Made by a program: the position numbers and the translations under genes
Virus record (IMG/VR): IMGVR_UViG_3300027797_000011
Origin: a virus
Taxonomy: Duplodnaviria > Heunggongvirae > Uroviricota > Caudoviricetes
Length of the DNA: 64,000 nucleotides
Strand: one strand, 5' to 3'
The notes under the pieces: model-generated
The model's database searches: none
The model's input: the letters and a program-made list of their open reading frames with translations, nothing else
What the model was told of the DNA's origin: nothing
Part shown: in pieces, positions 47,907 through 55,318 of the stretch
Numbering within the stretch: position 1 is the stretch's first letter
How the letters are laid out: each line of letters opens with the position of its first letter

Positions 47907-48070
47907 TCTTTGACCACTGCAAGTACTTCTTCTTCAGAATTGCACATAGTCTTGGTGTTCTTCCAATCTTGCTTTTTGTCTCGCCCACCAATTTCTACCA
48001 TCCAACCATTATCGTAACGATTGATAGTAATTGATTCATTTACTTTTGCTAGTTTGTTTAATTTTGCCAT
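47879..48070 (-). CDS. Hypothetical protein
   Basis: 63 aa with GGAG RBS; ITINRYDNGWMVEIGG. Confidence 0.6.
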   Translation of the reverse strand: MAKLNKLAKVNESITINRYDNGWMVEIGGRDKKQDWKNTKTMCNSEEEVLAVVKEWNSMELDT

Positions 48071-48081
48071 TTTAGATCTCC

Positions 48082-48831
48082 TTATCTTGGTGCAAATTCT
48101 TGCTGTAATTTAATGTTATCAAAGAACTCTTTCTTTGTATTGCCATCGGTGTTAAACGCACCTTTAAGTACTGTAGTCTGCGTAAGACTAGAGTGTGCCA
48201 TAATGCCACGATTTTCACAACATCCATGAGTTGCTTGAATATAAACAGCAACATTTTCGCTATCAGTTGCCTTCATAATTTCTCGGGCAATGTCGTTGCA
48301 GAGTTCTTCTTGTAGTGTTCCTCGACGAGCACACCATTGTGCGATACGAGTATATTTAGAAAGACCAATGAGTTTATTAGCGGCAATGATACCGATGTAG
48401 GCAACCCCAGATACAGGCTGGTGATGATGAGAGCACATGGACCGTAGCTCACTGCGAACAACCAACATACCTTCGTACCTATCTTCACTATCATTTGGGA
48501 ATGCCGTTGCGTCTGGTGCTGGATCATATCGACCTCCCATAATTTCGTTGTAGTACATTTTAGCCAGTCGCCTTGCTGTGCCTTTTGAGTTGGGATCGTT
48601 CTCACGATCAATAAGTAATCGATCAAGCACTGTTTCAAATGCTTCTGCGGCTTCGTCAATTAGCTGTTCTTTAACATGCTCATTGTCAATATACTCGCTA
48701 ATATTATCACCTGCCCAGAAACGTTTGCCTTCGCGTTTCATTTTAAAGCGAAGGTAATTGCCTAGATATTTTTCTTCTTTGTAGCCGCCATCACCTGCCA
48801 TAGCGTCTAATCCTGTTTCTTTATTTGTCAA
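48082..48831 (-). CDS. folE: GTP cyclohydrolase I
   Basis: SMCSHHHQP, IGLSKYTRI, RRGTLQEEL, HGCCENRG; TTG start with GGAG RBS. Confidence 0.95.
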   Translation of the reverse strand: MTNKETGLDAMAGDGGYKEEKYLGNYLRFKMKREGKRFWAGDNISEYIDNEHVKEQLIDEAAEAFETVLDRLLIDRENDPNSKGTARRLAKMYYNEIMGGRYDPAPDATAFPNDSEDRYEGMLVVRSELRSMCSHHHQPVSGVAYIGIIAANKLIGLSKYTRIAQWCARRGTLQEELCNDIAREIMKATDSENVAVYIQATHGCCENRGIMAHSSLTQTTVLKGAFNTDGNTKKEFFDNIKLQQEFAPR

Positions 48832-48881
48832 TTAAATTCTCCGAGTTTGTGTCGTGGATGACATTTGTTTAGTTTACATTA

Positions 48882-49688
48882 CTATTTAGGTTCTGTCAAC
48901 CTAAGTAGTGTATTTTTCTTAACGGCTGCATCAATAACATTTAGAACAACGTTTTGAGTTTCGGCAAACTTTAGTAATGCGGCTGTATCTTTTGGAAAAC
49001 ACATCCCGCCAAATCCCAAAGCGCCATCTGGACCTGGAACTTGCGTATGGCTTTTGCCAAATCTTTTATCTAATCTAATCAGATTAGTAATATGATTGTA
49101 ATCCATTCCTGATGCTGTAGCTAACGCATACAACTCGTTCATGAATACTACTTTTGTAGCCAAGAAACAATTGATAGCATATTTGGCCAGGCTTGCTTCA
49201 GCGGTGGTTGCATATCGGATGTCTTTAAGACCACTTTGTCCCCATTTTATAATGCGTTCAGCTTCTCTTATATAAGCAGAAGTACTTCCGCCAATAATGG
49301 CAAACGTTCCACTGGCATAATCCTTACTAGCATTTGCTGCCGTTAAAAACTCTGGTGCATGTACTAGATTGATATATTTTTGAGATAAGTTTTCATACAC
49401 GCTAGGAGGCGCAGTAGTTTTACTAATGATCACTCCTTTAAAGTCTTTAAGTTTATCTAAGGTGTCTTCTAAAATAGTCGTATCGCAACTACCGTCATCA
49501 CTACTTGGGCTAGGTACACATACAAATATAGCCTCGCATGATGTAAGATCTTTATATGTGTGGGGTAACCCTTTTGGCGGATCTACTAAAATTAAATTAC
49601 CAAATCCACTCATTGAGTCGCGAATTGCACTTCCAACAAATCCTAATCCTACAATTCCTATTTTAGGAAACTCATTTTCAAAAATCAT
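48882..49688 (-). CDS. UDP-glucose/GDP-mannose 6-dehydrogenase-like protein lacking the C-terminal domain
   Basis: GIVGLGFVG Rossmann motif, FVCVPSP, ISKTTAPP, HAPEFL, AKYAINCFLA, catalytic GFGGMCFPKD. Confidence 0.85.
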   Translation of the reverse strand: MIFENEFPKIGIVGLGFVGSAIRDSMSGFGNLILVDPPKGLPHTYKDLTSCEAIFVCVPSPSSDDGSCDTTILEDTLDKLKDFKGVIISKTTAPPSVYENLSQKYINLVHAPEFLTAANASKDYASGTFAIIGGSTSAYIREAERIIKWGQSGLKDIRYATTAEASLAKYAINCFLATKVVFMNELYALATASGMDYNHITNLIRLDKRFGKSHTQVPGPDGALGFGGMCFPKDTAALLKFAETQNVVLNVIDAAVKKNTLLRLTEPK

Positions 49689-50836
49689 TTAATATTCTCC
49701 AATAGACGATCTGCGCTAAAGAAATATTTAGACAAATCGTCGGCCTGTTTGCGTATTTGTGGAATTCTAGTCTTGTAATTGGCCATGTGTTCTATAATTA
49801 GACGACACAAATCTTGTCGATAAACTTTGTATGTTTCAAAACTTTCAGTCCATTCACTTGGATATTTGAACGTATCATAATACATTTCTGTATAACTTAA
49901 CCGATCTGGAACTAAGGGAATTGCATCAACGAGGGCACCTTCGTAGCAACTGATGCCAAGTGTTTCTTGTAGATTGGCACTGAATACCATCTTAGCTTCA
50001 CCTAGCAAATTGTGATATTCATTCTTTGTTAATTGTTGATCCTGACAAACAATAAATTCATATTGTGGCAAATGTTCTTTTAAGTCGCGGAAGATTTCAA
50101 CCTGTTTCTCTGGAGCGATACGATGCGGGAACAAGATAAGATCACGCTTGGGCATGCCTTTGTATGGAGTAAGGGTTGCATCCATATACTCCATGGGCCA
50201 GCCTGTGCGTACAATCTTACCGCTGTCGTAACGCTCTGACCAATCTTCTGCATACCAAGGATTTTCTACTGGATAATCATGTAAAAGATTATCAAACATC
50301 ATTTTAACATGAAACTCTGTGGCAAAATAGTTGTGGTCAAATGCTGAAAAGAATGATTTCTCTGCATTACGTACCCAAGGCTTATTGCCAACTAGTCGAC
50401 CTAGGAAGTCTTGAGGATCATAACTACCAGCATGCCACAAGCCGTGAATTGTGATAGGAATGCCTAATAGCTCACTCATGTACTTTAGATTAATGATACC
50501 TGGATGCCAAGCATCAGTAAACACAAAATGATCGCCGGAATTAACGGATCCGCTACAAAATAAACGGCCCATCTGCTCCACTTGACTAGCTTTGTATATA
50601 TTAGTTCCACCAAAGTTGAGAAATGCACCAGGAGTGGTAGCACTAGGAATGTCCGTAGGACCTGATATAATGTTGACATTGTGTCCTGCCTTTTTAAGTA
50701 AGGAAGGTACATGGGACTTCCATTGCCCCGTGTACCGTGTCTCTACTGATTCTAAATCAACGAGAAAAATTCTGCTCATTGCGTCTACCGGTGTTGTCCC
50801 AACGTGGCTTATTGCCCAAGTACGGTTTACGCTCAC
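49685..50836 (-). CDS. GT-B fold glycosyltransferase (likely start near 50780, MSRIF)
   Basis: LFPHRIAPEKQ and FSANLQETLGIS...EGA...PLVPDRLSYTEM, as in GT-B/GT4-like C-terminal domains. Confidence 0.75.
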   Translation of the reverse strand: MSVNRTWAISHVGTTPVDAMSRIFLVDLESVETRYTGQWKSHVPSLLKKAGHNVNIISGPTDIPSATTPGAFLNFGGTNIYKASQVEQMGRLFCSGSVNSGDHFVFTDAWHPGIINLKYMSELLGIPITIHGLWHAGSYDPQDFLGRLVGNKPWVRNAEKSFFSAFDHNYFATEFHVKMMFDNLLHDYPVENPWYAEDWSERYDSGKIVRTGWPMEYMDATLTPYKGMPKRDLILFPHRIAPEKQVEIFRDLKEHLPQYEFIVCQDQQLTKNEYHNLLGEAKMVFSANLQETLGISCYEGALVDAIPLVPDRLSYTEMYYDTFKYPSEWTESFETYKVYRQDLCRLIIEHMANYKTRIPQIRKQADDLSKYFFSADRLLENIK

Positions 50837-51083
50837 GGTGCTCGCCGGTACCTCTAGCAGAGTCTCGCCACTCTCGTGAACGATACATATCGGCAGGATT
50901 AAAGTTAATTAAATTGAAACGACAATAGTCGAGCCATTTATCGAGGTCATCGAATACTTTTTCAACCTCTGGTTTCATTTTAAGAGTTTTTTGGATGTAG
51001 GCAGGGATATTTGCCATTTTAAGATTCCATTGTAGAAATGTGATTAATAAAAGTAAGTGCGGCGCCATTCTCACCGTCTTCAC
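50757..51083 (-). CDS. Hypothetical protein (likely start near 51017, MANIP)
   Basis: KMKPEVEKVFDDLD...YCRF; Arg-rich tail. Confidence 0.55.
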   Translation of the reverse strand: MKTVRMAPHLLLLITFLQWNLKMANIPAYIQKTLKMKPEVEKVFDDLDKWLDYCRFNLINFNPADMYRSREWRDSARGTGEHRERKPYLGNKPRWDNTGRRNEQNFSR

Positions 51084-51438
51084 TTACATCGATGATAGTC
51101 TTACGACCAGGGTATCTTGCTTTGATGATGTCGTTAAGATCACGAGCAATCATCTCACAGGAACAATGGTTGAGCTCTAATGTACCATCACTGTAGCACT
51201 TTTCAAGCCAACGCTTAAACTGGATAAACTCAATGTCACGGTCATCTTGATAGACCTGGATATAAACTTTAAAATGGAAAATATGACGATGTGGAGTTCC
51301 GAGGAAACTAACATCATATTCATCACCTGTAGCCAACTTAGGATCAGTTGCCGCGGCAGGGTACATGTGAATACCTTCTTTACGGAAGGTTACCCAAATC
51401 ATTGATAGATCAGATGACATTTTTAATTCCTTCTGCAA
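51019..51438 (-). CDS. QueD-like T-fold protein, probable DpdL-type (CDG decarboxylase)
   Basis: T-fold pattern with FLGTPHRHIF (LxxxHRHxF) rather than the QueD CxxxHGH; SCEMIA; EDGENG; lies in a deazaguanine cluster. Confidence 0.65.
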   Translation of the reverse strand: MQKELKMSSDLSMIWVTFRKEGIHMYPAAATDPKLATGDEYDVSFLGTPHRHIFHFKVYIQVYQDDRDIEFIQFKRWLEKCYSDGTLELNHCSCEMIARDLNDIIKARYPGRKTIIDVSEDGENGAALTFINHISTMES

Positions 51439-51619
51439 GGATATCTAGTTCGGCGTCTGTCATAAAAAATTGATATGTTGAAGATAGTGTAACGTCACCA
51501 TTTAAATCTTTTGCTTGTTGAGTAAATTCAAGAGCATTTAAATCTCGAGGTGCGGAACATTTCCATGCTTTAAGAACAAGCCGAAACCCGGCATCGTCTT
51601 TGATAATAACTTCTTTCAT
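51410..51619 (-). CDS. Hypothetical protein
   Basis: 69 aa with coupled overlaps. Confidence 0.55.
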   Translation of the reverse strand: MKEVIIKDDAGFRLVLKAWKCSAPRDLNALEFTQQAKDLNGDVTLSSTYQFFMTDAELDILAEGIKNVI

Positions 51620-52128
51620 TTTAAGATTGTATCGTTAGAGTAAGCATCCCATGGAGTAAACTTACTACGGTCTTTTAAATCGTGTAGGCTATGACACCAC
51701 ACGCCCGGGTTCGTTGCTTTAAAATCTTTATCATCGATCTTAAGCATCGTGTTATAGTTCCATAATTTAATATATGGAACTGGAACTCTTATTTGCGGAA
51801 TGAAGTTATCGTAATCATTCAATCCACCGTCATTAAACTCTTCTACAGCACTCAACGGAATATCTAGGGAACACAGATAATCTTTATCTAAGAAATATGA
51901 AATCATATCTTCCCACTGTTTCCATTCTTCCGAAGTCCGTGGATTAAAGCTATGATTTGCACCAAAGAAAATATGCTCTGCTCCATTTAAGTTTAGAGCA
52001 ATTTCTTCTACTGGATGTATGCCTGTTACAAACAATGTCATCTTTCCAAATGCCGGTGTATGTTCAACCTCTACGCCTGTAAAGAACTGAACATCGCTTG
52101 CTTCGCCTGTTGTGTAATCACGTTTCAT
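51616..52128 (-). CDS. Hypothetical protein in the deazaguanine cluster
   Basis: 170 aa; GVEVEHTP...TLFV...HIFFGANHSF...KIDDKDFKATNPGVWCH. Confidence 0.7.
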   Translation of the reverse strand: MKRDYTTGEASDVQFFTGVEVEHTPAFGKMTLFVTGIHPVEEIALNLNGAEHIFFGANHSFNPRTSEEWKQWEDMISYFLDKDYLCSLDIPLSAVEEFNDGGLNDYDNFIPQIRVPVPYIKLWNYNTMLKIDDKDFKATNPGVWCHSLHDLKDRSKFTPWDAYSNDTILK

Positions 52129-52642
52129 CTGTTAATGGCTGTATGTTAGTTTCGATAACATTAGTATACGTGGTTCCTGTCACTATGTCAATAGTTACGG
52201 GGCCCAAAATACGTATTTTTGTACTAGCAGTACTCCATCTACCGGATCTAAACGCATCGGACGTAAACAAATCCATTTTGGTTAAGCCTTCGTACCCCTC
52301 TTTGGATGTGCCGTTAGTCCACATGTCTTGAAATACATCAGCAATATGAGTATTACCGTCACTGCTAATAATAAATTCATTAAATTCAAATTCTTCTTCT
52401 GGTCGAGGATCTGTTAGTTCGGGTGCCCCAAGTTCGGCATTACATTCAATATAAGAATCAATCTCTGATGCGTATACCGGTTTGTCCATGCTTCGGAACG
52501 CACATCCAGTATTGTATACTGTAATAATTGACATGCCTCTATCTTCCCCAGCCATCATGTTGCTTGTGCTTTGTTCGATGATACTTAGTACCATTTTAAT
52601 TGATCCTGTATTAACAGGTGTAATTCTATATAATTGTGTCAT
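52118..52642 (-). CDS. Hypothetical protein
   Basis: 174-aa acidic ORF directly downstream of dpdA. Confidence 0.55.
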   Translation of the reverse strand: MTQLYRITPVNTGSIKMVLSIIEQSTSNMMAGEDRGMSIITVYNTGCAFRSMDKPVYASEIDSYIECNAELGAPELTDPRPEEEFEFNEFIISSDGNTHIADVFQDMWTNGTSKEGYEGLTKMDLFTSDAFRSGRWSTASTKIRILGPVTIDIVTGTTYTNVIETNIQPLTDET

Positions 52643-52648
52643 GTTTTT

Positions 52649-54184
52649 TTAGACTCCTAAGTCGCTCATTAATTTAATCATTTTTTCGTCTTCAACATCT
52701 TCGAGATCAACTTCGTCTGATTTAGTTACTTCTACTTCAAACAAATTGTTAAACGTGTTTTGTTTAGGACCACCTTGTAGTCGAGAACCTTCTAAACTCT
52801 TTAAGAATGGAACTGCTTGTTCAATCATCTCAAATGCTTCGGCTTTTGTTTTAGTGTTAAACAACTCTTCTACAAATCTATCAAAATAAAGAATCTTTCG
52901 TGGAACCCAATCGCTTAATTCGATTTCTTTCTTGCCTTCTAAACTCCACATGCGCCAATCTGGCTTATGTTTAGCACATTCAATGTCCATTAACTGTTGA
53001 GCACGTTGTACGGCAACAATATGACAATATACATTATGTCCCATCATTAGAGCATAGGCAAAACTATCCCAACTAGTTTTTCCTTCTTTCTTAATCTTAT
53101 TTAACATTCCGGGTGCGTAATGACAAATGTCGCCTACAGTTAATCTGCGACCGATCTCTGATTCGAAGGGGAACGGAATATCGCTTCCTGCAAGAGCTTT
53201 GTTGTCAAAGGCTTTGTCCATAATAACGCTCCACCTTTTTGGTGTGTGGACTGCATTGGTGTAGACAAGTCCGTGGGCTGTTGCAATGAACGGTGAGGCG
53301 CAATCAAAAGAGATGGTAATTTCTTCATTTATGTGTTTCCTTATTTGACGTTGAATTGATGTTAAAAAGCATGACCAATCTAACTGTGCTGTACCCAAAA
53401 AGTGGATCCAGTTTTTGCCTTCGAGCAAACCATCTTCTCTAAGTGTCATTAAACGCTTGAGAGTAATATCCATCTTACACATATTAGCACCACCAAAGGC
53501 CCACCCTTCGGCTTCACGACCGGCATACGGACCTGTGGGATCGCTAAATTCTTTTACACCTTGATACCATGCTTCTGCGGTATCCCAGTCGCCGCCTTGT
53601 AGCACGTTAAGCCATTTAGTTTGACCTAATCGATTATCTAAGAAATACTTATTATTGAATTTTGTTTTATCTAAACAATCATCAAATGTTTTTAATCCAG
53701 TCTTTGGACTATGAATGTGATCACATGCCCAAGTAGGAACGTCCAGCATCATGGACCAGTCAGCAGTAAGTTCTAACCATTCTAAAATACTTTGACGAGT
53801 CTTGTTTGCGGCCTTGCCCTCAAAATCTAGCCAGTCAAACTTAAGAACACCTTTACCAATTTGATATCCACCAGAGTCACCTAAGATCATTGTGTTGCCA
53901 CGATCTCGTTGTTGAATCATTGACTCTTGCGTCAATGATTTGTTTAGGTCTAACTGTGCATGACCTGCGGAATACAATCCATATTTGTAAGTAAAGTAAC
54001 CTTGTTCGGGATTAAGAAAATTCATTCCTTCAATACCACGATCAAATCCCGTCGGAACACGATCGTCTGGAATAAACTTCTCTAATCTCTGTTTAGCAAC
54101 ATAGGTGCTATAGAAACTACTAATAGCTGGCAAATAGACAGCGTAGTCTTTCTGAAATGGGGTTAGGTTAACTGGTGGATTCAT
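52649..54184 (-). CDS. dpdA: TGT-fold deoxyguanosine transglycosylase (DpdA-like)
   Basis: ILGDSGGYQ, SMMLDVP, NVLQG, GWAFGG, IHFLGT and SFDCASP; co-located with folE, queE and the QueD-like gene. Confidence 0.8.
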   Translation of the reverse strand: MNPPVNLTPFQKDYAVYLPAISSFYSTYVAKQRLEKFIPDDRVPTGFDRGIEGMNFLNPEQGYFTYKYGLYSAGHAQLDLNKSLTQESMIQQRDRGNTMILGDSGGYQIGKGVLKFDWLDFEGKAANKTRQSILEWLELTADWSMMLDVPTWACDHIHSPKTGLKTFDDCLDKTKFNNKYFLDNRLGQTKWLNVLQGGDWDTAEAWYQGVKEFSDPTGPYAGREAEGWAFGGANMCKMDITLKRLMTLREDGLLEGKNWIHFLGTAQLDWSCFLTSIQRQIRKHINEEITISFDCASPFIATAHGLVYTNAVHTPKRWSVIMDKAFDNKALAGSDIPFPFESEIGRRLTVGDICHYAPGMLNKIKKEGKTSWDSFAYALMMGHNVYCHIVAVQRAQQLMDIECAKHKPDWRMWSLEGKKEIELSDWVPRKILYFDRFVEELFNTKTKAEAFEMIEQAVPFLKSLEGSRLQGGPKQNTFNNLFEVEVTKSDEVDLEDVEDEKMIKLMSDLGV

Positions 54185-54533
54185 ATTCTTCTTTGCTTAA
54201 TATTTGTGTTATTTCTAATTGTTTAGCGGCACGTTTCATATTTTCATATGCAATCTTAACAGCAGGGTTTTCATTACTTAATTTTTGAAGTTCTTTTTCT
54301 TCGTTCATTTTACCTAATGCCCAATTTATTGCAGATTCGGCGTTTGATGTTAATCCTACACTTGCATATGAACCTTGTATCTTATGCCAAATTGAGCCGT
54401 CGTAAACTTCAAATTCGTTATTGCAATATCTTACCTGACCGGACATAGGTTGTCCAGTTTGATAATATGTCGGAGCAGGAGAGCCGTTGCTAACCTGTGT
54501 AAACATTCCCTGTTGTGTAAGGCTTTTTATCAT
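54168..54533 (-). CDS. Hypothetical protein
   Basis: 121 aa coupled to gp45 by an ATGA overlap. Confidence 0.6.
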   Translation of the reverse strand: MIKSLTQQGMFTQVSNGSPAPTYYQTGQPMSGQVRYCNNEFEVYDGSIWHKIQGSYASVGLTSNAESAINWALGKMNEEKELQKLSNENPAVKIAYENMKRAAKQLEITQILSKEEYESTS

Positions 54534-55264
54534 GCGTTAGCTGGAATAATATATTTGTAATTGGCAATACCGCTGTCTAACATAACTTGCATAGCACCTT
54601 CATTTGAAAATGCAACGGTTGCATTGTTAGCATCAGCAATCTTAAGAATACTTAATACGCTAGCAACTGGCCATGTCCATGCTTTATTTAGGCTACCGGC
54701 TACGTTAGTTGCAAAAATAAATTCACCACCGTGTGTTGATTGGTCACCAAAGATAAACTTTAAATTACCGCCTTCAGTTTTGGCAAGGAATGTAGTGTGT
54801 TCACTATTTGCACTTGCCTGAAAATTAAACCGCTGTATTGATTGAACACTTGGGCTAACAGTTACATCCCACTTAACGCCTTTAAACTTCATAGTCTTAA
54901 GTTTTTCGTTAATAATGTCAGTACTCATAAAACGATAATCGTTTTTAAAATCCTTTGTTGCATTTTCAAAATGCAAACCTACTGGCAATGTTTCACCGTT
55001 TCGATCCGCGGTGATAGTTGCAATAGATGCGTTTTCTTTATATTCTGGGCAATCTAACAAGAACTTTAGTTTATTCAATTGCGGCATGCCAAACACACCA
55101 ATCATATCTGGATGCGGGTCTGCTGTTTCGGCAGTCATAATAACCGAACGGTCATCTGCCATAGAATCAATAAGTGTTTTCTTATCGTCACCTGTAATTT
55201 TTACAACGTTGAGGAACCCCAGGTTATGTGTATGTCCTACGATGTCTTGAAGAATGTCTTTCAT
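54530..55264 (-). CDS. gp45: Sliding clamp (T4 gp45-like)
   Basis: 244 aa adjacent to the polymerase; clamp-like size with C-terminal SNEGAMQVMLDSGIANYKYIIPA; no catalytic motif, so the call rests on synteny and pattern. Confidence 0.7.
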   Translation of the reverse strand: MKDILQDIVGHTHNLGFLNVVKITGDDKKTLIDSMADDRSVIMTAETADPHPDMIGVFGMPQLNKLKFLLDCPEYKENASIATITADRNGETLPVGLHFENATKDFKNDYRFMSTDIINEKLKTMKFKGVKWDVTVSPSVQSIQRFNFQASANSEHTTFLAKTEGGNLKFIFGDQSTHGGEFIFATNVAGSLNKAWTWPVASVLSILKIADANNATVAFSNEGAMQVMLDSGIANYKYIIPANA

Positions 55265-55282
55265 GTTAATTTCCTTTTGTAT

Positions 55283-55311
55283 AGTTTATTTAGAATTTTG
55301 AACAATGTCAA
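55283..55311 (-). promoter_or_regulatory. Sigma70-type promoter for gp45
   Basis: TTGACA-N17-TAAACT; AAGGA RBS. Confidence 0.65.
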
Positions 55312-55318
55312 ATATATT

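Noticed and set aside
52649-54184. tRNA-modifying queuine tRNA-ribosyltransferase (tgt)
   Set aside because: It is longer than bacterial Tgt, has no evident Tgt CxCxxC zinc site, and sits in a phage folE/queE cluster beside the replication genes; the DNA-acting DpdA call fits better.
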